Assembly (NCBI GenBank): GCA_048885535.1 | Contig: JBHLLO010000032.1 | Location: forward strand, 1-32,610 | Source of the DNA: Candidatus Hermodarchaeota archaeon | GTDB lineage: Archaea; Asgardarchaeota; Lokiarchaeia; Sigyniarchaeales; SOKP01 | Direction of reading: 5' to 3' | DNA: 32,610 bases | Part shown: positions 9,244 through 17,779 of the stretch, in pieces | Layout: each line of letters opens with the position of its first letter | How positions within the stretch are numbered: position 1 is the stretch's first letter | The notes under the pieces: model-generated | What the model was told of the DNA's origin: nothing | Databases searched by the model: none | Seen by the model: only the letters and a program-made list of their open reading frames with translations | Program-made: the position numbers and the translations under genes

Positions 9244-10188
9244 TTATTTTAATACTCCGTTTTCTCTATCCATTTCCTTTAATCTTTTATATACAAATCT
9301 TCCAAATAAAATCACTGACAAGACCATAATGACAAATAAACTTATTTGAAAAATGATCATTATCCATGAATTTACCCAAGAATGAGTCGATACCCAAATC
9401 GCTGTACTTGTGGGATTAATCAAGTAAGTGATTAAAACGGCTAGACTTGATACTCCATATATAGCAAAAAATGAGGTAGTGACTAAAAATCGAGTTATTC
9501 TTTCACCAACAAATGGTTTCGTTTCATGCATTCCTAATCCTTCATGTCTTGCTCTCATGTACTCATAAATAAAAATTAGAAATATGTTTGTCCATACTAT
9601 CCATCCAAAATCAAGTCCGTAAGGGGATAAAATCATAAAATTAGTAGGTATTAAACATACAAACATTAAGATATCGCTGATTCTATCGATTACGTTATCT
9701 AACCAGCCACCTCTTTTAGATTTTATATTTAATAATCTAGCGATTGAACCATCAATTCCATCAACAATTCCAGTAAAGAGTACTAATAGAGCTAAAGGAA
9801 GAAACCAGGCACCGTAGAAAGGTTGTTCTGAAAATAAATCAAGAGTATGCCCTCTCCCTAGCATAACTACACTATAAAAGATTAGAAAAGACAATATTAG
9901 ATTAATAAATGATACTTGATTTGGAGTTAATCCACACCTTATAAAGATTTTTGCACCTTTATAGGTTATAGGCATGTAAATTAATCCAGCTGGGTCTTTC
10001 TTCATTTGTGCAAATTGTTCTTCTAACTTATGAGCTTGTCCATGATCTTTGAGCCAATCCTTAATAAATTCATCAGAAGTCATAAATTCTCGATGAGGTT
10101 TTTTCTTAATGGCTCCATTAATGAAAAGAATTATTAGAAGTCCTATTAAGATTAATGGAAATATTATATCGAAAATGATTTCTGTCAT
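9244..10188 (-). CDS. CDP-alcohol phosphatidyltransferase family protein
   Basis: LTPNQVS and the complete signature DGIDGSIAR-x8-GGWLDNVIDRISD, EYMRAR, GERITR; multiple TMs. Confidence 0.92.
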   Translation of the reverse strand: MTEIIFDIIFPLILIGLLIILFINGAIKKKPHREFMTSDEFIKDWLKDHGQAHKLEEQFAQMKKDPAGLIYMPITYKGAKIFIRCGLTPNQVSFINLILSFLIFYSVVMLGRGHTLDLFSEQPFYGAWFLPLALLVLFTGIVDGIDGSIARLLNIKSKRGGWLDNVIDRISDILMFVCLIPTNFMILSPYGLDFGWIVWTNIFLIFIYEYMRARHEGLGMHETKPFVGERITRFLVTTSFFAIYGVSSLAVLITYLINPTSTAIWVSTHSWVNSWIMIIFQISLFVIMVLSVILFGRFVYKRLKEMDRENGVLK

Positions 10189-10450
10189 CTATTACGCCTA
10201 TAGATCATATTTTATTTGTTTATCAATAAATTTTGAATTAGTAATTTAATTTAGATTTTTTAATATATTTAAAGTTAGTGCAGATCTCTTACTGATAAGA
10301 AGGAATAAAAATAATTTCTTTTGTCATTTAAATAACTACCTAACAATAATCTAATACATTAAATGATCTCCAAATTATTTTAATTATAATACATAGTATT
10401 AAATAATTAAAGATTCATAAAAGATTAAACAATATATAAGTTGATTAAAT

Positions 10451-12178
10451 GTGGAAATTGATGATCATCTAAAAGACAATACCTCTGTTGCTTATATATC
10501 AATGGAGATAGGCATAGATTCTAATATCCCGACTTATAGTGGAGGATTAGGAGTATTATCTGGAGATACAGTGAGATCTTCTGCTGATTTGGAGATCCCG
10601 ATGGTGGCAGTTTGCCTATGCTATAGTTCTGGTTATTTTTTTCAACTATTTAACGAAACGGGAGAACAGAAGGAGAAGGAAGTGGAATGGAATTTTTTCT
10701 ACGAATTTGATAAAGTAGAAAAGCCAATTTGTATTAAAATTGAAAATCGAGAAGTTAAAGTTTCTGCATGGCTCTACAAAGTTATCGGACAATCAGGTCA
10801 TGTATTACCTGTTTATCTACTTACTACTGACGTTGAGGGAAATGAGTTATGGATGAAAAAGATGACAGGTTCTCTTTACGATTCTACTTCAAAATGGAAT
10901 CGGATAGTGCAAGAAATAATTCTTGGAATCGGAGGCGTTCGCTTGTTAAACTCTTTAGGATATAGTAATATTAAGACTTACCATCTTAATGAGGGTCATG
11001 GAAGTTTTGCCACAATAGAATTATTTAAAATGTATAAGGGAGATGTTAAAGAAGTTAAATCAAGGGTGGTTTTCACCACTCATACCCCAGTTCCAGCTGG
11101 GCACGATCGATTTGATCAGAGTTTAGTTGATAAAGTATTCGAAAGTAGAATTCCAGATAAAATTCGAAAATTTGGTGAGGATAATGGCCAATTAAATATG
11201 ACTTATTTAGGAATGAATCTTTCAAGGTATCGAAATGCAGTTTCAAAAAAGCATGCTGAAATAACTAAACAAATGTTTCCTAAATATGAAATAGATTACA
11301 TTACAAATGGAATTCATTTACCTTTTTGGATATCAAAACCATTTAGAAAAATTTTCGATAGAAAATGGCCTAATTGGAAAGCGAATTGTTCATTGTTGCA
11401 AAATGCGATTGAATTAGATGATTTAGATATCTTTGATGCGCATATTAAAAACAAGTTTAATCTAATTAGTTATCAAAAAGGACATTCTTACAACCTATTG
11501 GATGAAGAGCTAATTACAATTGGCTTTGCAAAAAGATTCGCCACCTATAAGAGAGCTGTATTACTGTTTCATGATATAGATAGATTAGGTAAGATTTGTA
11601 AAGGAAATGTTCAATTTATTTTTGCTGGTAAGGCACACCCTAAAGATGAAATGGGAAAAGAATTTATCAAGAAGGTATATGAAGCTGGAAATTATTTATA
11701 CGACAATTATGGTGTAAAAGTAGTTCTAATGGAAAATTACAACATGGATTTATCTCATATGTTAGTTTCAGGTTGTGATATTTGGCTTAATACTCCAGAA
11801 AGATATCGTGAAGCAAGTGGTACTAGTGGAATGAAAGCAGCATTAAATGGGGTTTTAAATTTCAGTATTCAAGATGGATGGTGGTTAGAAGGTTATAAAA
11901 TGAATCCTTTGGCAGGATGGGCTATTGGTCCTAATGATAAAAATCCAAAAGATCCGGGTGTGTCAAACAGTTGGGATATAGATTCAAATGAAATTTATAA
12001 AATTTTAGAGAATAGCATTATTCCAACTTATTTAAATCATGATGAATGGCTATTCAAATGTAAAAACGCAGTATCACTTGCTGCTTATTTTAATACACAT
12101 CGTATGATTGAAGAGTACGCTGAAAAAGCATATAAGTTAAAAAAACAAAGACCTTGGAAGTATTTTGAACAAGTTTAA
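10451..12178 (+). CDS. glgP: Alpha-glucan (glycogen/maltodextrin) phosphorylase, GT35
   Basis: AYISMEIG, YSGGLGVLSGD, HLNEGH, FTTHTPVPAGHD, ITNGIH, RFATYKRA, FAGKAHP, EASGTSGMKAALNG (PLP lysine), DGWW. Confidence 0.97.
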   Translation: MEIDDHLKDNTSVAYISMEIGIDSNIPTYSGGLGVLSGDTVRSSADLEIPMVAVCLCYSSGYFFQLFNETGEQKEKEVEWNFFYEFDKVEKPICIKIENREVKVSAWLYKVIGQSGHVLPVYLLTTDVEGNELWMKKMTGSLYDSTSKWNRIVQEIILGIGGVRLLNSLGYSNIKTYHLNEGHGSFATIELFKMYKGDVKEVKSRVVFTTHTPVPAGHDRFDQSLVDKVFESRIPDKIRKFGEDNGQLNMTYLGMNLSRYRNAVSKKHAEITKQMFPKYEIDYITNGIHLPFWISKPFRKIFDRKWPNWKANCSLLQNAIELDDLDIFDAHIKNKFNLISYQKGHSYNLLDEELITIGFAKRFATYKRAVLLFHDIDRLGKICKGNVQFIFAGKAHPKDEMGKEFIKKVYEAGNYLYDNYGVKVVLMENYNMDLSHMLVSGCDIWLNTPERYREASGTSGMKAALNGVLNFSIQDGWWLEGYKMNPLAGWAIGPNDKNPKDPGVSNSWDIDSNEIYKILENSIIPTYLNHDEWLFKCKNAVSLAAYFNTHRMIEEYAEKAYKLKKQRPWKYFEQV

Positions 12179-12195
12179 CCCATAAGTTTGCAATT

Positions 12196-12705
12196 TTAAT
12201 CAATATTTTCACAATTATGAATTAAAAATGGTCTAATTTTTACGTAGTCTTCAAAAGCTTCTTTTTTTAGATAGTCTTCAAATGTTTGTGTAAAAATCTC
12301 TTCCAAGATATTAATTCCAGAAATCAAACTCTCTATATCTTTTGTAATCAATAAAATATAATCAGAAGTTGATTCTATATAATAACATTCAGGTCCATAT
12401 TTTTTATTTGTAAATTTCCCTACGATATCATTTGCGGTAATGATTATATCATTTGTAGTAAAAATTACAATGAGAAAGTCTTCACTAAACTCTTCCTTTA
12501 AATAAGAATCTCGGATTCCTGCTGCTAAAAGAGGATTATCTGTATATTCTTTAAATAAATATTGTAATTGATTTAGTTCTTTTCTGAATTTATTCTTGTT
12601 ATGAAAAAAGCTAAATTGGTTACTTAATATTAAAGGCTTTCCCTCCAAATATGATATTTTTTTTGGAGGTTTTTCGAACTCAAATTCTTGGAGATATTGA
12701 TACAT
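12196..12705 (-). CDS. Hypothetical protein resembling the N-terminal (domain 2) module of GH20 hexosaminidases
   Basis: PECYYIESTSDYILLITKDIESLISGINILEEIF...IRPFLIHN resembles the E-x-Y-x-L...G..TL.Q...I.D pattern of GH20 domain 2. No catalytic barrel follows. Fold call is by eye. Confidence 0.5.
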   Translation of the reverse strand: MYQYLQEFEFEKPPKKISYLEGKPLILSNQFSFFHNKNKFRKELNQLQYLFKEYTDNPLLAAGIRDSYLKEEFSEDFLIVIFTTNDIIITANDIVGKFTNKKYGPECYYIESTSDYILLITKDIESLISGINILEEIFTQTFEDYLKKEAFEDYVKIRPFLIHNCENID

Positions 12706-12811
12706 GGTAAATTTTTTCTCTCTTATAGTATTCTAATTAAAAAAAAATCATTTTAAATAAATATTTCGCGTTTATATTTTGAAAAGTTAAAAGCATATTT
12801 ACTTTACTAAA

Positions 12812-13813
12812 ATGAAACTAGGAACGCTTCAATTAGATAATAATCTATTATTGGCACCTATGCAGGAGGTGACTACAGCTCCATATAGGAGATTTTGTAG
12901 AAAGTTGCAAAAGATTGGTTTAGTTTGCGTACCTATGATATATACTAAAAGAGTTGTAAAAAGTCCGGATATGGTAATTCCTGATTTGCATAAAATAGAA
13001 GAAGAGAATCCGATAAGTATTCAATTAATTGGATCAGATTTGGAAGCATTAAAGAAGACAATACTCTTTCTTGAAAGCTATAAATTTAATGTTCTTGATC
13101 TTAATGCGGGATGTCCTTCTAAACGTGCACTCAGATCTCAGGAAGGTGCTTATTTATTAAATAATTTAAAAAAGCTAAAAAAGCACATAAATGCGGCCTC
13201 AAAATTTTCCTCCAGACCTATATCTTTAAAAATAAGAACAGGAGTAGATGATAGAATTAACATAACAGAATTTTCAGCTTTAATCAATGACTCTAATATA
13301 GAGTTCTTAACTATCCATGGCAGAACTGTAAAAGATAAATATAATGATTCTAGATTGGACATAGATACTATTAAGGAAATAAAGAATCGAGTAAATATTC
13401 CTGTTATAGGAAATGGGAATATAGATAATCCTTTAGCTGCAAGAAGTTTTATCAACTACACAAATGTAGATGCCATCATGATTGGACGAGGATCTTTAGG
13501 AAACCCTGAAATTTTTAATCAAATTAACATGTTCTTAAAGGAGGGAAAATATATACCCTTTCAAAATGATATACGCAAAATGAGAAGATCTATTGAAGTT
13601 TATGAAAAGTGTTTAGATGAATTTATTAATGAAGATTCATGGTTCTCTTATCCACTGGAAATATATAAATTCAAAGAGTTAAAAAGAAATGCAATTTGGT
13701 TAACAAAAAATATTAAATGTTCTAGTAATATTAGAGAACAGTTATCTAAAACAAGAGATTTAACGGCTCTAAAGAATACGTTAAAATTTTACTTTGAGGA
13801 AATTATGAATTAG
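12812..13813 (+). CDS. dus: tRNA-dihydrouridine synthase family protein
   Basis: LLLAPM, IQLIGSD, DLNAGCP (catalytic Cys), LKIRTG, TIHGRT, IPVIGNGNI, AIMIGRGSLGNPEIF. Confidence 0.93.
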   Translation: MKLGTLQLDNNLLLAPMQEVTTAPYRRFCRKLQKIGLVCVPMIYTKRVVKSPDMVIPDLHKIEEENPISIQLIGSDLEALKKTILFLESYKFNVLDLNAGCPSKRALRSQEGAYLLNNLKKLKKHINAASKFSSRPISLKIRTGVDDRINITEFSALINDSNIEFLTIHGRTVKDKYNDSRLDIDTIKEIKNRVNIPVIGNGNIDNPLAARSFINYTNVDAIMIGRGSLGNPEIFNQINMFLKEGKYIPFQNDIRKMRRSIEVYEKCLDEFINEDSWFSYPLEIYKFKELKRNAIWLTKNIKCSSNIREQLSKTRDLTALKNTLKFYFEEIMN

Positions 13814-14058
13814 CTCCCTCTATAAACTAAAGCTATGTACATCATAATATGAACTGCAAGAACGATTCCAGTAACAATTGCTACTAAATTTAGGATTTGA
13901 ATAAGAAATCCTTCAAAGCTGGTGATTAAATCTATTGTTGTCCATGTATAATTTCCTGCTACTCCTGAAATTACAAAGAAATAAACTAGACATAGAAACT
14001 CAATGATAACAAAGAGAAAAATTCTAAAACGAACTGATTCTTTTTTTGCCAGCTTCAT
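13810..14058 (-). CDS. Small 2-TM hypothetical membrane protein
   Basis: 82 aa with two hydrophobic helices. It fills the gap downstream of mtnA on the same strand. Confidence 0.65.
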   Translation of the reverse strand: MKLAKKESVRFRIFLFVIIEFLCLVYFFVISGVAGNYTWTTIDLITSFEGFLIQILNLVAIVTGIVLAVHIMMYIALVYRGS

Positions 14059-14094
14059 GATTTTTAATAATTCTAAAATTTGTAATTTGATATT

Positions 14095-15126
14095 TTAAAT
14101 ACTTGAAATCTTATATTTTTTTAGTAACTCTTCTGGACTAAATACTCCGTCTTCAGTAATTATCGCAGTAACAAGTCGAAAAGGTGTAATGTCAAATGCA
14201 TAATTTAAACACTCTACATTGTCAGGCACTACTTGGATTTTGCCCAAGATGTGACTGACTTCACTGCTGTCTCTTTGTTCAATAGTTACGTCATCTATAG
14301 TTTCTTGCATTGATAATGTGGAAGTTGGAGCAGCAACATAAAATGGAATGTTATTATCATTTGCAGCTAAAGCTACTAAATATGTGCCAATTTTATTAAA
14401 AACTGCATCTGAAGTAACCCTATCTGTTCCTACTATTACTTTATCAACTTTTCCTAAACGCATTAGTAATCCAGAGGATGTATCAGAAATTACTTTTACT
14501 GGAATTTTGTCATAATGAAGTTCATATGCCGTCAATCTAGCTCCTTGTAATCTTGGTCGTGTTTCGTCAGCAATAACATTAATTCTTTTACCTTCTTCAA
14601 TAGCTGCTCTGACAGGAGCTAAAGCAGTTCCATATTGAACTGTAGCAAGAGAACCAGCATTGCAGTGAGTCAATATTACATCTCCATCCTTTAATAATTT
14701 AGCCCCATTTTTCCCTATTCTCTTATTAACGTTAATATCTTCTTGTGCCATAATTTTTGCCTCTTCAATGACCAAATCAGAAATGTTAAGGGGATCATCT
14801 GGATATGTCTGGATTATTTTCATAACTCTATCTACTGCCCAAAATAAATTAGAGGCTGTTGGTCTAGTATTTTTAATAATTGCGGCAGCTTCTTCCATCT
14901 TTTCTAAAAATTTTATTTTGGGGAGATCTCTGTATTTAATTGTAGCTAATCCAATACCCATAGCAGCAGCAACTCCAATTGCGGGAGCACCTCTGATGTT
15001 CATTATTTTAATTGCATTTGCTACATCTCGAAAATTATCAAACTCAAGAAATTGAAGTTTATGAGGAAGCTGAGTTTGATCAATCATTTTTACCTTGTTA
15101 TTTATCCATTCAATTGAAGGGATCAT
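14095..15126 (-). CDS. mtnA: S-methyl-5-thioribose-1-phosphate isomerase (eIF2B-like family)
   Basis: IDQTQLP, IRGAPAIG, TRPTASNLFWA, LTHCNAGSLAT..YGTAL, DETRPRLQGARLTAYEL, NKIGTY, FDITP. Confidence 0.95.
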   Translation of the reverse strand: MIPSIEWINNKVKMIDQTQLPHKLQFLEFDNFRDVANAIKIMNIRGAPAIGVAAAMGIGLATIKYRDLPKIKFLEKMEEAAAIIKNTRPTASNLFWAVDRVMKIIQTYPDDPLNISDLVIEEAKIMAQEDINVNKRIGKNGAKLLKDGDVILTHCNAGSLATVQYGTALAPVRAAIEEGKRINVIADETRPRLQGARLTAYELHYDKIPVKVISDTSSGLLMRLGKVDKVIVGTDRVTSDAVFNKIGTYLVALAANDNNIPFYVAAPTSTLSMQETIDDVTIEQRDSSEVSHILGKIQVVPDNVECLNYAFDITPFRLVTAIITEDGVFSPEELLKKYKISSI

Positions 15127-15350
15127 AATAATAAGAGGAGAAAAAGTAAATTAAAACTTTTGAATAAAATTGCAACACACAAAAATTAAAAGCACAAAAT
15201 CATCCAAGACTTTTATGAATTTGGTGTTTGATATTATTTTATAAGATATATGTTCAAAATTCATACTTATACTTTTAGACTATAGAAAATAGATTATTAT
15301 AAGATGAGAGCATTATAAAATTAAATTTTATAATATTTCAGTGAGAAAAA

Positions 15351-16721
15351 ATGATTCTTCAGAAGGTAAAAAGCGAAGGTATTGCATCTTTATCATATTT
15401 TTTAGCTTCTGAAAATGAAGCTTGTATTGTAGATCCAAGGAGAGATGTGAAGATTTTTCTTAAATTAGCTTGGGAGGCTGAAGCGAATATAAAATATGTA
15501 TTTGAAACACACCGCAATGAAGATTACGTTATTGGATCCAAAGAAATAGTAGATGTCGTTGACGTTGAAATATATCATGGTCCTAATTTGGATTGGAAGT
15601 ATGGAAAAACCCTCAAAGATGGACAAGAATTCAAACTAGGGGTTTTGAAAATTAATGCTATCCATACTCCTGGTCATACTGATGAAAGTACTTGCTATGC
15701 TGTATTTGATACAACTACGGGAGAAGAAGCTATTATGGTTTTTACGGGAGATGCTCTATTTGTTGGTGATACTGGACGGATTGATATGTATGGACCTAAT
15801 TTTTCAAAAAAGAATGCTGAAAATCTATATGATAGTTTATTTAACAAAATTTTACCTTTAGGTGATCAAGCTGTTATACTCCCCGCTCATGGAGCAGGTT
15901 CTGTATGTGGAGCTGCCATAAACGAAAGAGAATTAAGTACGATTGGTTTAGAACGGTTACAAAATCCAGTTTTGCAATTACAAGAGAAGGATAAATTTGT
16001 AGAATTTAAATTAAATGAGAAACACTATTTTGCACCTTACTTTAAACAAATGGAAGTCTATAATTTGCAGGGACCTCCACTATTGAAAGATTTACCGAGG
16101 TTTAAGCCATTACTTCCCGGAGAGTTTAATAATAAAATTAAGGAAGGAGGAATTGTTGTTGATACCCGAAATCCAGCATCTTTTGGATCAGTACATATTA
16201 AAGCCTCATACAATATATGGTTAAAGGGATTGCCATCCTATGTGGGATGGGTTCTCCCTTATGATAAACCAATACTACTCGTTGTAGAAAATTTTGATGA
16301 TCTAAAGAAAGCATACAAATATCTTCTCAGATTGGGTTATGATAATATTATGGGTTATTTAGTCGGTGGAATAATTGCTTGGTACAGCAATCACTTTCCA
16401 ACAGATACAGTTGGGATGATGACAGCTGATATGTTAAAAGAAAGGTTAGATCATGGAGAAAATACTTTTTTAATTGATGTTCGTAGTGCTCCTGAATTAC
16501 AAGAGGGATACATTGAAGGGGCGAAAAATATTTATGTTGGTGAAATAGAAAAAAAGATAAATGATTTACCTAAAGATATTCCAATAGTAACTGTCTGCGG
16601 GAATGGAGCCAGAGCTAGTATGGCAACTAGTATTTTAAGGAGAAACGGGTTTCAAAACGTTTATAATGTATTAGGGAGCATGAAAGCTTGGAAGAAAGCA
16701 GGATACCCCATTAAAAAATAA
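15351..16721 (+). CDS. MBL-fold metallo-hydrolase fused to two rhodanese domains
   Basis: VDPRRD, ETHRNEDY (variant of HxHxDH), HTPGHT, FTGDALF, PAHGAGSVC. Rhodanese 1 (VDTR..HIKAS) lacks an obvious active Cys; rhodanese 2 has IDVR and VCGNGARA. Confidence 0.92.
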   Translation: MILQKVKSEGIASLSYFLASENEACIVDPRRDVKIFLKLAWEAEANIKYVFETHRNEDYVIGSKEIVDVVDVEIYHGPNLDWKYGKTLKDGQEFKLGVLKINAIHTPGHTDESTCYAVFDTTTGEEAIMVFTGDALFVGDTGRIDMYGPNFSKKNAENLYDSLFNKILPLGDQAVILPAHGAGSVCGAAINERELSTIGLERLQNPVLQLQEKDKFVEFKLNEKHYFAPYFKQMEVYNLQGPPLLKDLPRFKPLLPGEFNNKIKEGGIVVDTRNPASFGSVHIKASYNIWLKGLPSYVGWVLPYDKPILLVVENFDDLKKAYKYLLRLGYDNIMGYLVGGIIAWYSNHFPTDTVGMMTADMLKERLDHGENTFLIDVRSAPELQEGYIEGAKNIYVGEIEKKINDLPKDIPIVTVCGNGARASMATSILRRNGFQNVYNVLGSMKAWKKAGYPIKK

Positions 16722-16894
16722 GCAGTATGTAAATTCTACAAATTCCCTTTTACATTTTTAAGATATAGTTGTAAATAAGGAATTCAAATTTGTTAGAATT
16801 ATACTCTAAATTTGTTTTTTAATTTATAAAGTGAATTTTTATTATTTTTCAATATGTATTAGAATTAACAAAAACTCAATTTGGTGAAATTAGA

Positions 16895-17236
16895 ATGGAT
16901 GATGACATGAATGAATATTATAAAGCAGCTCAGTCTAGTCTACAAGCATTGGGAAAAGCACACCCCGATGCTATGAAAGGTTTTCGACAGTTCATGGGGG
17001 TTGTAAAAGAAGATGGAGTTTTATCAGCCAAAGTAAAAGAATTAATTGGGATTGCTCTATCAGTTGCCCACCAATGTAAATTTTGTGTAGCTTGGCATGT
17101 TAAACATGCATTAGATAAAGGAGCCACTAAAGAGGAAGTCATAGAAGCTAGTATGGTCGCAGGGACATTAGGAGGCGGTCCGTCATTAATGTTTACTAAA
17201 TATGTTTTAAAAGCCTTAGAAGATTTTGCTAAATAG
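16895..17236 (+). CDS. Carboxymuconolactone decarboxylase/AhpD-like protein
   Basis: LSAKVKELIGIALSVAHQCKFCVAWHVKHALDKGATKEEVIEA...GGGP. GGTGA RBS upstream. Confidence 0.92.
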   Translation: MDDDMNEYYKAAQSSLQALGKAHPDAMKGFRQFMGVVKEDGVLSAKVKELIGIALSVAHQCKFCVAWHVKHALDKGATKEEVIEASMVAGTLGGGPSLMFTKYVLKALEDFAK

Positions 17237-17282
17237 TTTTTTTTCCGATATCATATTTAGTTAAATTAAAAATGTGAGAATA

Positions 17283-17675
17283 ATGGTTGATATACTTAAA
17301 AAGGAATTAAAGATGGACTTCGATCAAGCAGTAAAGCGGGTTGAGCAAATTATTATTGAAGAAGGCTTCAGTCATATGCTAACTAAATCAATTGATGAGA
17401 TATTTAAGAAAAAATTAGAAATAGATTATGATAGATATACTATTATACTTGCTTGTGGTCCAGAGTTCGCTAAAGGAGCGTTAGATGTGTCAAAAGATGT
17501 AGGTTTATTATTCCCTTGTAGTTTTGTAGTCTATGAAGAAGAGGGAAGAGTATATGTAAGTCATGTTTCAATAATGAAAGTAGCCCCAGAGGTAGGGTTA
17601 GCACCTGCAGATAAGATGAAACCTGTCATAGAAATGACAGGAAAGGCGGTTCATGCAGCTTGGGATAAGATTTAA
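17283..17675 (+). CDS. DUF302 domain protein
   Basis: FDQAVKRV, KKKLE...YTIILACGPEFA, VGLLFPCSFVVYE. ATG 17283, with GTGAG upstream as RBS, is preferred over GTG 17274. Confidence 0.85.
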   Translation: MVDILKKELKMDFDQAVKRVEQIIIEEGFSHMLTKSIDEIFKKKLEIDYDRYTIILACGPEFAKGALDVSKDVGLLFPCSFVVYEEEGRVYVSHVSIMKVAPEVGLAPADKMKPVIEMTGKAVHAAWDKI

Positions 17676-17779
17676 AATGTTCTTTTTTTTTTTTAAACTA
17701 CTTTTTTATAACATTATTCAAAAAAAATTAACTATATTTATTCATATTTCAAAGTGATTCAAAAGAAAAATACAATTTT

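Noticed and set aside
866-10188. Hopanoid tailoring cluster (HpnH/HpnB/HpnI/HpnK-like gene types)
   Set aside because: The enzyme classes are analogous, but no squalene synthase or squalene-hopene cyclase is in the window, and I cannot see HpnH-specific features. Kept only as an analogy.
14095-15126. eIF2B subunit or ribose-1,5-bisphosphate isomerase
   Set aside because: LTHCNAGSLAT-GTAL and ETRP-LQGARLTA-EL are MtnA-type motifs.
15214-15265. 9-bp inverted repeat TATGAATTT/AAATTCATA in the mtnA/MBL divergent promoter region
   Set aside because: Short, almost all A/T and widely spaced, so it is expected by chance at this composition.
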